The notes under the pieces were generated by a model. It was not told the origin of the DNA. It did not search any database and saw only the letters and a program-made list of their open reading frames with translations. DNA of 64,000 bases from an uncultured Terracidiphilus sp. (GTDB lineage Bacteria; Acidobacteriota; Terriglobia; Terriglobales; Acidobacteriaceae), in contig CAYNGB010000004.1 in assembly GCA_964396795.1 (NCBI GenBank), positions 24,959-88,958 on the forward strand. Direction: 5' to 3'. Position numbers and translations under genes: made by a program. Positions 28,458 to 37,223 of the stretch are shown here, piece after piece. How positions within the stretch are numbered: the first letter of the stretch is position 1; each line of letters opens with the position of its first letter.

Positions 28458-30326
28458 TTGATTGGCCGCGCGCTTTGTTCGTGCATAACAGTTCTTCTTT
28501 TCCTGATCGAGCCTTGGGGATTGGCCCAGACGGCTAAACCTCGGCCGAGCGGATCGGGCGGGATGGCCACCGGCGGTGTCTTCAAGCCAGTCTTCGATTC
28601 CGCACACCGGCCCATCACCGCCGGCGGTACGGTCAAGACGGGTCCCGTCGTTTTCATGAATATTGCCCAGCAGGCTGGCCTTACCAAGTGGCACCACACT
28701 GCAGGGACTCCAGAAAAAAAATTCATTCTGGAAGCCAAGGGCGCTGGTGTCGCACTGCTGGACTATGACAACGATGGTTGGCTGGACATTTACCTGGTAA
28801 ACGGCTCGACCTACAAGGCCCTGGATGGCCAGGAAGCGCCACCACGGGCGGCGTTATTTCATAATAATCACGATGGAACATTCACCAACGTGGCAACCCA
28901 GGCCGACGTTACGAATGACCGCTGGGGCTACGGCGCTGTTGTGGGCGACTTCGACAACGACGGTTGGCCGGATATCTATGTAACGAACTTCGGGAAGAAC
29001 CGCCTCTATCACAATAATCGTGACGGAACATTCACCGACGTGGCGGAGAAGGCCGGAGTGGCCCTTGGCACTTGGTCCACCGGCGCCACGTTCGGCGACT
29101 ACGATGGCGATGGCCGGCTCGACCTTTTCGTCGCCGGCTACCTTCAGTATGACGTCAGAAACCCTCCTGCCCTGGGCTCCACCAGCATCAATTACAGCTC
29201 CTGCCAATTTAGGGGCACGCCGGTGATGTGCGGCCCGCGAGGAATCCCGGGTGAGCACGATCATCTCTTTCACAACAACGGAGACGGCACCTTCACCGAT
29301 GTCAGCGCGGAGCTTGGCGTCAGCGATCCGGACGGATATTTTGGCCTCGGCGCGCTGTTTGTCGACGTGAACAATGATGGCAAGCCCGATCTCCTTGTGG
29401 CCAATGACTCGTCGCCGAATTATCTCTACATCAACAAAGGGAACGGCACCTTTGACGATCGCAGCTATCTCAGCGGCTATGCACTCAACGGCGACGGACG
29501 AGAGATGGCGAACATGGGCATCGCGGCCGGCGACTACGAAAACAACGGGCACATGGATTTGGTAAACACCACGTTTTCCGATGACAATGACGTCCTGTTC
29601 AGGAATGACGGCACAGGCACCTTCACCGACGTCAGCTATGAATCTGGTATCGCTCAACCCACCATTCCATTTGTCGGCTTTGGCGATGGTTTCCTCGACT
29701 ACGACAACGATGGATGGAAGGACCTGCTGATTGCCAACGGTCATGTCTATCCCAAGGTCGACAAACACCCCGAGTGGGGCACAACTTACGCTCAGCGTCC
29801 GCTGCTCTTTCACAACTTAAAAAACGGAAAATTCGAACTGGTTCCCGCAGTAGAAGGAACTGGGCTGGCTGAAGTGGAAGTGGGCCGCGGTGCCGCCTTC
29901 GGAGACATTTTTAACGACGGCAAAATCGATGTCGTTATCAATAATGTCGACGGAGTTCCCACGTTGCTGCGTAATGTGAACCCGGACCATCACCACTGGG
30001 TCGAGTTGAAGCTCATCGGCGGTCCCCGGAGCCCCCTTGACGCAGTAGGCGCGACTGTTTATCTCAACGCGGGCGGCATTCGCCAGCGGGGAGATGTGTT
30101 GAGCGGCGGCAGTTACCTCTCCTCCAATGATCCTCGCGTCCACTTCGGGTTGGGTGATGCCTCAAGCATCGACAGTGTCGAGATTCACTGGCCCAGCGGA
30201 CAGAGAGAATCCATCAACTTGCCCGAACCTGATCGCATCTACACAGTCACCGAGGGAATGGGCATCACCTCTGCCCTGTGCGATGGCAAAGCCTGCTCCG
30301 TAAAAACAAGCAGCAAGCCCCGATGA
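28458..30326 (+). CDS. CRTAC1 / ASPIC-UnbV family protein, Sec-type signal
   Basis: DYDNDGWLDIYLVNG, DFDNDGWPDIY and DYDGDGRLDLF repeats; C-terminal GGSYLSSNDPRVHFGLG...IHWPSG. Confidence 0.92.
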   Translation: MIGRALCSCITVLLFLIEPWGLAQTAKPRPSGSGGMATGGVFKPVFDSAHRPITAGGTVKTGPVVFMNIAQQAGLTKWHHTAGTPEKKFILEAKGAGVALLDYDNDGWLDIYLVNGSTYKALDGQEAPPRAALFHNNHDGTFTNVATQADVTNDRWGYGAVVGDFDNDGWPDIYVTNFGKNRLYHNNRDGTFTDVAEKAGVALGTWSTGATFGDYDGDGRLDLFVAGYLQYDVRNPPALGSTSINYSSCQFRGTPVMCGPRGIPGEHDHLFHNNGDGTFTDVSAELGVSDPDGYFGLGALFVDVNNDGKPDLLVANDSSPNYLYINKGNGTFDDRSYLSGYALNGDGREMANMGIAAGDYENNGHMDLVNTTFSDDNDVLFRNDGTGTFTDVSYESGIAQPTIPFVGFGDGFLDYDNDGWKDLLIANGHVYPKVDKHPEWGTTYAQRPLLFHNLKNGKFELVPAVEGTGLAEVEVGRGAAFGDIFNDGKIDVVINNVDGVPTLLRNVNPDHHHWVELKLIGGPRSPLDAVGATVYLNAGGIRQRGDVLSGGSYLSSNDPRVHFGLGDASSIDSVEIHWPSGQRESINLPEPDRIYTVTEGMGITSALCDGKACSVKTSSKPR

Positions 30327-30367
30327 TCTGATGTGCAGGTCCTTTCCCTTGCATCGCAGCATGGCAA

Positions 30368-32020
30368 TCAAAGAGCGAGCGACAGGACTGAGTACGACCG
30401 CGCTGGCAGTTTCAATGACATCCTGGAGCCAGCCTTGGGATTTTCGAGCGTCTGCGGAACCACGCGCTTCGGCTCCGCAAAGGTGTTAACCGCCTTCAGA
30501 TCGGGTCCAGAAATGGTTTCGAATGTGACGACGCCGGTTGGAGTTAAGTCGTGCCAAATGATCTCGAGGTCTCGTGCATTTTCCAAATCACGGTTCAACA
30601 CGAGAATGGCGGCGGTGTTCTTTTCCGGATCGAGAGTAGCCACAATGTCCAGATACGGCACGTTTCCGAATCCCGGAGCGGTCACACCTGTGCTCTCAAT
30701 CGGCCGTCCAAGCGAGGTCACCTCATAGCCTGGACCATCAGGGGCAATGCTCAGGGCACGGCCGCGAGCATATTTGAGCGCCCAGGCATACGGGTAGTAG
30801 ATGCTCTGGCGCAATATGCCATTCTCGTCTGTCATGATTGGCGCAATCACGTTGACGAGCTGCGCAAGACATGCGACTTTAACGCGGTCGGAATGCCGGA
30901 TCAGGGAATTTGCGAGGCCACCGACGAGCAAGGCGTCTTCGAGGTTGTATGGTTCTTCCAAGAGATGAGGCGCCACTTTTCCGTGGCCGTCTGTCGCTTC
31001 GCCGCCCCGGGCGCGATACCACACGTTCCATTCATCAAATGAAAGAAATAGCTGCTTATTTGAGCGTTTGTGTGCTCGCACAGTGTCGCATACGGAGGCG
31101 ATCTCCTGAATCTGGCGATCCATCGCCAGATTCATAGCCAGATATATTGAGCTATCGTTGCCAGTTTCCTCGGTATTTCCGAAATAGCGGTGGAGAGAGA
31201 TGCCATCGACTTCGTCATAACACTCTTCCAGTACGGTACGATCCCATTCGATATAGGTTGGCATGAACGGTCCACTGGAGCCGCAGGCAATCAACTTGAT
31301 GGATGAATCGAGTACACGCATTTGCCGGGCGGCGTCTGTAGCTTTGATTCCATATTCGCGGGCCGGCATGTGGCCAATCTGCCACGGCCCGTCCATCTCG
31401 TTGCCCACGCACCAATACTTCACGTTGTGGGGTTGTTCATATCCGTGAGAGCGTCGCAACTCGCTCCACTTGGTTCCCTTGGACACATTGCAGTATTCGA
31501 CCAGAGCAGCCGCGTCTTCGGCTGACGCCGTGCCGAAGTTGAGCCCAAACAGAGGCTCGGTGCCGGCTAATCGCGCCCATGTGATGAACTCGTTCGTACC
31601 AAATTGGTTCGTTTCCAATGTGTTCCACGCCCGGTCGAGAACGGTCGGCCGGTCCTTTTTCGGGCCCACCCCATCCAGCCAGTGATAGCCGGAGACGAAA
31701 TTGCCTCCGGGATAACGAACGATTGGCACTCCTAGATTACGAACTTCCTTCATTACGTCAGTACGCAATCCGTTACCGTCGGCGAATTTAGACTTTGGAT
31801 CGTAAATGCCTTCGTAAATGGCGCGTCCGAGATGCTCGAGAAAAGAGCCGAAGAGATGGCGATCGATAGGTGCAATTTCCCGACCGGAATCGATGACGAC
31901 GCGAGTCACGCGCGGCGCGCTTTGAGTGAGACCGAATCTGCCCAGCGCTGAACTTGCGGCAAGGGCCAGACCTGACTGGCTTGCCTTCTTCAGGAACCGC
32001 CGTCTTGAGACTGCCTTCAT
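30368..32020 (-). CDS. abfA: GH51 alpha-L-arabinofuranosidase, Tat-exported
   Basis: MKAVSRRRFLKK Tat signal; FGSFLEHLGRAIYEGIY, RYPGGNFVSGYHW, WCVGNEMDGPWQIG (acid/base), LSFDEWNVW (nucleophile), ACLAQLVNVIAPI. Confidence 0.95.
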   Translation of the reverse strand: MKAVSRRRFLKKASQSGLALAASSALGRFGLTQSAPRVTRVVIDSGREIAPIDRHLFGSFLEHLGRAIYEGIYDPKSKFADGNGLRTDVMKEVRNLGVPIVRYPGGNFVSGYHWLDGVGPKKDRPTVLDRAWNTLETNQFGTNEFITWARLAGTEPLFGLNFGTASAEDAAALVEYCNVSKGTKWSELRRSHGYEQPHNVKYWCVGNEMDGPWQIGHMPAREYGIKATDAARQMRVLDSSIKLIACGSSGPFMPTYIEWDRTVLEECYDEVDGISLHRYFGNTEETGNDSSIYLAMNLAMDRQIQEIASVCDTVRAHKRSNKQLFLSFDEWNVWYRARGGEATDGHGKVAPHLLEEPYNLEDALLVGGLANSLIRHSDRVKVACLAQLVNVIAPIMTDENGILRQSIYYPYAWALKYARGRALSIAPDGPGYEVTSLGRPIESTGVTAPGFGNVPYLDIVATLDPEKNTAAILVLNRDLENARDLEIIWHDLTPTGVVTFETISGPDLKAVNTFAEPKRVVPQTLENPKAGSRMSLKLPARSYSVLSLAL

Positions 32021-32101
32021 GTGATATCCCTTTTCCATGTTGGGAACCGCGCGAATGAACTCTGTGCGACGGCCCAAGAAGTTGCGCCGCTAACCATTCC
32101 A

Positions 32102-32153
32102 GAGTAAGCGTTTGCTCGCAACAAAGCATAGGAGAGGACCCATCGTTTGTCAA
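32102..32153 (-). promoter_or_regulatory. Sigma70-type promoter and LacI-type operator for the GH51 gene
   Basis: Minus strand TTGACA (32153-32148)-17 nt-TATGCT (32130-32125); imperfect palindrome GAGTAAGCGTTTGCTC (32102-32117) immediately downstream. Confidence 0.68.
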
Positions 32154-32476
32154 AGCAGCTCGATTCCCCATTCGGGCTAACATAAATTGGCAAGCTGGAC
32201 GAATTTAGTCCAATAATTCCCGCCGATCGGAATCCACACTTTACTCCTTACACGCTCCTGAGCACGCATGACAAACTGAAGCTGTCGAACAAGACCAATT
32301 GGCCTTACCCGCGGCGGAAGACAGATGATCTCATTTCACCATCCACCCCCACGAAATTGTGGCGATCCGGATCTTGAAGGGACACAATTAGACAGGAGTG
32401 CTTAGCCTGTGGTGCAGTTGAGGAAAAAGACCTGCACCGTCACATCTCTACAATCCGCTGTCTGATATAAGAAGAT

Positions 32477-34927
32477 TTGGCCCCGGATATGCATTCCCGC
32501 GCTAGCAGCCAAAGAGCCCTCTTGCCGTTGGCTCTCCTCGTTTTGTGCTCAACCGTCCTGCTCGCAGCTTCCGCCCCGCCCCGCCACGGCGGCACCGTCC
32601 CGCTCTCTGCGTCCGAGTCTACCCCCTACCCCGACACCAACGCCCCCGAACTCGGCATCTCCCTCACCCCCGGCCACATCGTCATCCCCCGCCTCGACAC
32701 CGCCCCCAAACCTTCTGACTTCACCGCCGCCAAGTCCACTGCGCTCGCCCGGCGCATGCTCCGAATCGGCACCTTCATTCAGCGCTACCCCAATGACGGC
32801 GCCCCCGCCACAGAGTCCACCCAGGCCTACCTCGCCTACACGCACGACGCCCTCTTTGTCGCCTTCGTCTGCACCGACAAAAATCCCGCCCTCATCCGTG
32901 CCCACATGCTCGCTCGCGACTCCCTTGCCGACGATGACTCCGTTCAGTTCATGCTCGACACCTTCCACGACCGGCGCCGCGCTTTCGTCTTCGCCGCCAA
33001 CCCGCTCGGCATCCAGTCCGACGCCCTCTTTAGCGAGCAGGACGGCTTCGACTTTTCCTTCGACACTGTTTGGGACTCCTGGGGCCAGCGCACGCCCACA
33101 GGCTACACTGTTCTCTTCCGTATCCCCTTTACGAGCCTCTATTTCAAAAATGCCGATCCCAGGCAGCTACGAACCTGGGGCATTATCCTTCAGCGCAACG
33201 TCGCCCACTCCAGTGAGAACGACTTCTGGCCCCGAAGCAACCACAACATCGCCGGTCGCCTCACCCAGGACATGGCCATCGAAGGCTTCCGCGACATCGA
33301 GCCCGGACAGAACTTCCAATTGGAACCCTACGCCCTCGCCCGGAACCTCCGCCAGCTCAACTCAATCAACCCCGTCGATCCCTACTTCGAAGACAAGCAC
33401 CTCCAGGGTTACGCCGGCCTCGACGCCAAGTTCATCCTCCATGACTCCCTGGTCCTCGACACCACCGTCAATCCCGATTTTTCTCAGGTTGGCATCGACA
33501 ACCCCGCCATCCCCAATCAGCGTTTCCCCTCCTACTTCCCCGAGGTTCGCCCCTTCTTCATCGAGAACAGCAGCTACTTCGCCACCCCCATCTCCCTCTA
33601 CTACACCGACAACATTGTTAAACCCCAGTACGGCGCGCGCCTCACCGGCAAGCTAAGCCGCTGGGCCCTTGGCCTTCTCGGCGTCGACGACCGTTTCCCC
33701 GGAGAAGCCGTCCCGCCTGACGATCCTCAATTCAACGACCGAGCCGAGTTCTATATCGGCCGCGTCAACCGCGATCTAGGCTCCCTATCCAACATCGGCC
33801 TCATCTACACCGACCGCGAATACAAGGACTCGTTCAACCGCGTCGGCGGCCTAGATTACCGCCTCCGCCTCCACGACCGCTGGACTGTTACCGGACAGGG
33901 CCTAACTTCCCAGACCCGCAACTTCTCCGACTCTACTCAAGGCGAGCAGGATTGCGAAACCGATGCCCTCACCTGCAGCGGCCAGCTATGGCTGCAGGAA
34001 CTTAGCTACTCCGACCTCCATTGGAACGGGTGGGCCGCTTACACCGATACCTCGGCCGGCTTCGTTACCGACACCGGCTTCTTCCAGCGGCCCGACATCC
34101 GCCTGCCGAACGGCCACCTTGGGTATGTCTTCCACCCCGTCCACGGCCCCATACTCTCCCACGGCCCCAACTTCTACACTGAGCGCATCTGGGACCACAC
34201 CGGCCTGCCCCTCGACTTCTACTTCATCCCCTCGTATTACATCGACTTTCGCCACAACACGTCGTTCTCCGCCGCCCTCGTCCAAGGCCAAGACCGCCTC
34301 CGCCCCATCGACGACAGCGCCGTCGCTTCGAATGTTGAATTCCACAGCAGTGTCGGCAACGTTAGCTTGTACTCCGCGCCCGTTCCCTACTTGGCCATGG
34401 GTCTCGGCTACTCCGCTGGCAACGAAATCAACTACAGCCCGCCCGGCAATCAGGGACCCGGGCCGGTGGACATTAGCGCCATAGGCGGAAACCTTGAAGT
34501 CAAGCCATTCCGGCCTATCGACCTGCGCAACAACTACGTGTACACCCACTTCACCCAACCGGGTACCAACGCGCTCGTCTATGACAACCACGAACTCACC
34601 TCGCGCTGGAACTACCAGGTCACCAGAGCCGCGTCGTTCAACCTCATCGGCCAATACATCTCCACGCTTCCGCATCCTGATCTGACCAGCGTCCCGAACA
34701 CAAAGACGCTCTTCGCCGACGCACTTTTCACCTACATGCCTCACCCCGGCACCGCGCTCTACTTTGGCTATCTGGGTAACTTCGCGAATTTAGATCGCGC
34801 CCTCTGCATCCGCCAGTCGGACGGCGAATGCAACACAAACCAACCCATCCTCCCCACAGCCACTGGCCCGTTGATGAACGACGGCAAGACCATCTACATC
34901 AAGCTCAGCTATCTCCTCCGTTACTAA
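32477..34927 (+). CDS. CBM9-like domain plus DUF5916-type probable outer-membrane protein
   Basis: Signal peptide; DDSVQFMLDTFHDRRRAFVFAANPLGIQSD, FRIPFTSL, LDTTVNPDFSQV, YFPEVRPFFIE; C-terminal IYIKLSYLLRY beta-strand ending in an aromatic residue. Confidence 0.8.
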   Translation: MAPDMHSRASSQRALLPLALLVLCSTVLLAASAPPRHGGTVPLSASESTPYPDTNAPELGISLTPGHIVIPRLDTAPKPSDFTAAKSTALARRMLRIGTFIQRYPNDGAPATESTQAYLAYTHDALFVAFVCTDKNPALIRAHMLARDSLADDDSVQFMLDTFHDRRRAFVFAANPLGIQSDALFSEQDGFDFSFDTVWDSWGQRTPTGYTVLFRIPFTSLYFKNADPRQLRTWGIILQRNVAHSSENDFWPRSNHNIAGRLTQDMAIEGFRDIEPGQNFQLEPYALARNLRQLNSINPVDPYFEDKHLQGYAGLDAKFILHDSLVLDTTVNPDFSQVGIDNPAIPNQRFPSYFPEVRPFFIENSSYFATPISLYYTDNIVKPQYGARLTGKLSRWALGLLGVDDRFPGEAVPPDDPQFNDRAEFYIGRVNRDLGSLSNIGLIYTDREYKDSFNRVGGLDYRLRLHDRWTVTGQGLTSQTRNFSDSTQGEQDCETDALTCSGQLWLQELSYSDLHWNGWAAYTDTSAGFVTDTGFFQRPDIRLPNGHLGYVFHPVHGPILSHGPNFYTERIWDHTGLPLDFYFIPSYYIDFRHNTSFSAALVQGQDRLRPIDDSAVASNVEFHSSVGNVSLYSAPVPYLAMGLGYSAGNEINYSPPGNQGPGPVDISAIGGNLEVKPFRPIDLRNNYVYTHFTQPGTNALVYDNHELTSRWNYQVTRAASFNLIGQYISTLPHPDLTSVPNTKTLFADALFTYMPHPGTALYFGYLGNFANLDRALCIRQSDGECNTNQPILPTATGPLMNDGKTIYIKLSYLLRY

Positions 34928-35293
34928 TCCGAAATTCCTCTTTTTTGGAAACAAGAGTGTGTATAGAACCAGCAAGATGAGCGGAAGAGGCGTGCCTACT
35001 TCTGGGCATAACTTTCAATGCCGGGGCGACGTTGAGCACCTCAAATTCGCGGCGTGCCAGCGACCCGTCAAAGCTCTGCCGCGATGTGTGATTCCTATTG
35101 CTCAGACACGGCCGTTTTAGGCCGATAGAGTGAAGATCGTAAGGATAGAAAAGACTCTGGCCCCGCAGGAATGCGGGGATTGATAAACGAATTAGAGATC
35201 CTTATGACGCTGTTGTTGCCGGGTTCTTCCTTTCGGCTGCACCGCCGCCCACGCAACACAAGCAACCGCAGACGCCTTAAAGGGGGGTCATAT

Positions 35294-35863
35294 ATGCGCG
35301 GACTCAAAGTTTTCTTTGGCACAACAGCGTTGTTCGCCGGCCTGGCTCTGGCGCCAGCGGCTCAGGCGCAACTGGTTGTCAACATAGGTGTTCAACCCTC
35401 TTGCGCATACGGCTACTATGACTATCAGCCATATGCCTGCGCACCGGTTGGTTATTACGGGTCGGGCTATTTCTACAACGGCATTTTCCTGGGCATGGGT
35501 CCGTGGGCCGGCTGGGGCTATGGTCACGGCTGGGGTGGCCATCGCTTTAGCGGAGATGGTGGAGGACGCTATCACGGCGGAGGCGGTTTCGCAGCTAGTC
35601 GTGGATACGCGGGAGGCCGATCGGAAGCACGCGGCGGTGGTTCCAATAGTGGCGGAGCGCGTCCCAGTGCGGGTCACGCGACAGCCCAAAGGGGTGGCAC
35701 GGGATCAGCGCATAGCGGCGGCGGCCAGGCCCGTGGCAGCAATGGCGGATCTCGCGTTAGTGGTGGCCAAGCCCGTGGCGGCGGTGGCTCTCATGGCGGT
35801 GGTGGCGGTGGCCAGGCCCATGCTGCTGAGTCTCACGGGGGCGGAGGCGGCCAACACCGGTAA
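35294..35863 (+). CDS. Secreted Tyr/Gly-rich protein with low-complexity Gly/Arg tail
   Basis: MRGLKVFFGTTALFAGLALAPAAQAQ signal; CAYGYYDYQPYACAPVGYYG two-Cys motif; GGG/RGG-rich tail; followed by a terminator. Confidence 0.75.
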   Translation: MRGLKVFFGTTALFAGLALAPAAQAQLVVNIGVQPSCAYGYYDYQPYACAPVGYYGSGYFYNGIFLGMGPWAGWGYGHGWGGHRFSGDGGGRYHGGGGFAASRGYAGGRSEARGGGSNSGGARPSAGHATAQRGGTGSAHSGGGQARGSNGGSRVSGGQARGGGGSHGGGGGGQAHAAESHGGGGGQHR

Positions 35864-35880
35864 ATACTGGGTGCTGAATC

Positions 35881-35910
35881 GGCGGCGGGGCCTCAGAGCT
35901 CCGCCGTTTT
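35881..35910 (+). terminator. Intrinsic terminator
   Basis: GGCGGCGGGGC-CTCAGA-GCTCCGCCG stem-loop followed by TTTT, just after the stop at 35863. Confidence 0.65.
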
Positions 35911-36201
35911 GTATTTCGGTCAAAAGACCCGATGATTTCCAATCCATTTTCCTGAGACGCAAGGGATCCGACGAGACTCGTGTAGAGCGAAGCCCAGTTC
36001 TTGTGATTCGCGGACTTCCAGGTGCGTGGAGAGCAGGCTTCTCTCCTTCGCCGCGGTAGGGCATGTCTGCCATTTGGATTCCGGCATTTGCGCTTTCCTT
36101 CCTCCGACCCATAGTCGAAGCGCCTGCGTTGAGCGCAAAAAAGCGCGCCCGACTTCGCAGGATGACCGTCTATTTATTGAGTTAACTTCGGTTTCTGGGC
36201 G

Positions 36202-37080
36202 CTAATGGTCCCTCATCAGTGCCAGTTTTCCCTGCTCCAGATCGACCGCAACTCTTCGAATCCCCAACGCTACCGGACTCACCACCCCATCAAAACTGTG
36301 GTTCGCGTCCCGGTCGTTATGGACTACAAACGCCGCCTCCCGGCCGAACGCCATTTCACCGAGCCTCAGGTCGATCAACCGCACATGACGGTGGTCGAAG
36401 TGGCCGAAGGCCCTGTCCCACGATCCATTTCGAGCCCCCCTCGAACTGGATGCCCGATCCAGCGGCGCATCGAAAAGGACCATCGAGTAAGCCCCGGTAT
36501 CCATAAGCAGATGGACGTGTTCGTGATTGACCATCGCATCGACGAGCGCCAATCCTCCCTTGAAGTGGAGCGGAATCGAATCCGCCATCGGAGGAATAGG
36601 ACCAAAGCGGATTTGGCGCGATTCATAGTCGATCACGAACGTGCTCTGGCCCAATACATCGAGACCCACAATGCCGTCGAGTTCGATCGGAAGCACATCT
36701 TGAATGGAGGACAGATCCTGGACGGACACCGCGAAGTTTTCCATCGTGATGGGGCCCACTCGCAGACTTGGCACGGTTGCCGTCCGGCTTGCTATCAAGC
36801 CGCCCATCACGGTCATGGGTGCAGGCTCGGTTATGAGATGAAGCTTTTTGGCGATCCGCGGGTCAAGCACGCTCGGAGATGCCCCAGTATCCAAAAGGAA
36901 GTTGAGGCCCTTCAAAGGGCCGGCTGATCCCCGAAGAACAATCAAGTAGCCACGGTAGAGCTCAAAAGCGAGCCTGCTTTCTCCCTGCTGCTCAATCCGG
37001 CTGTCTGCATATCCTTTGGCAGCCGTCTGACCTGCCACCACCAAACCCGTCAATATAACTACCAGTCGGAAATGCCGCAT
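36202..37080 (-). CDS. Secreted aspartyl protease with two retropepsin-like domains
   Basis: Two catalytic motifs, NFLLDTGAS and HLLMDTGAY, plus DGIVGLDVL and FVIDY; signal-like MRHFRLVVILTGLVVAG; GAGGTG RBS. Confidence 0.85.
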   Translation of the reverse strand: MRHFRLVVILTGLVVAGQTAAKGYADSRIEQQGESRLAFELYRGYLIVLRGSAGPLKGLNFLLDTGASPSVLDPRIAKKLHLITEPAPMTVMGGLIASRTATVPSLRVGPITMENFAVSVQDLSSIQDVLPIELDGIVGLDVLGQSTFVIDYESRQIRFGPIPPMADSIPLHFKGGLALVDAMVNHEHVHLLMDTGAYSMVLFDAPLDRASSSRGARNGSWDRAFGHFDHRHVRLIDLRLGEMAFGREAAFVVHNDRDANHSFDGVVSPVALGIRRVAVDLEQGKLALMRDH

Positions 37081-37223
37081 GACGCTCACCTCGGTGAGAA
37101 CCATGCTGAATTCAGGGCGGTGGGACCTCAATTCACTCGGGCTATCTTATAGATCGAGAATTGTTTTCGCGACGGGAGAGGAACCGGAGAGGTGTGGAAG
37201 AGGAAGCTCTCCAGGCAAAATAG

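Noticed and set aside
28760..29720. Recurring GACTACGACAACGA/TTCACCGACGT DNA repeats, possible CRISPR or tandem array
   Set aside because: They are codons for the DxDxDG and GTFTDV propeller repeats of CRTAC1; irregular spacing and inside a CDS.
32793..34744. Long Ser/Pro/Thr-rich and Val/Gly-rich alternative-frame ORFs
   Set aside because: By-products of the extreme NNC codon bias of the DUF5916-type gene.
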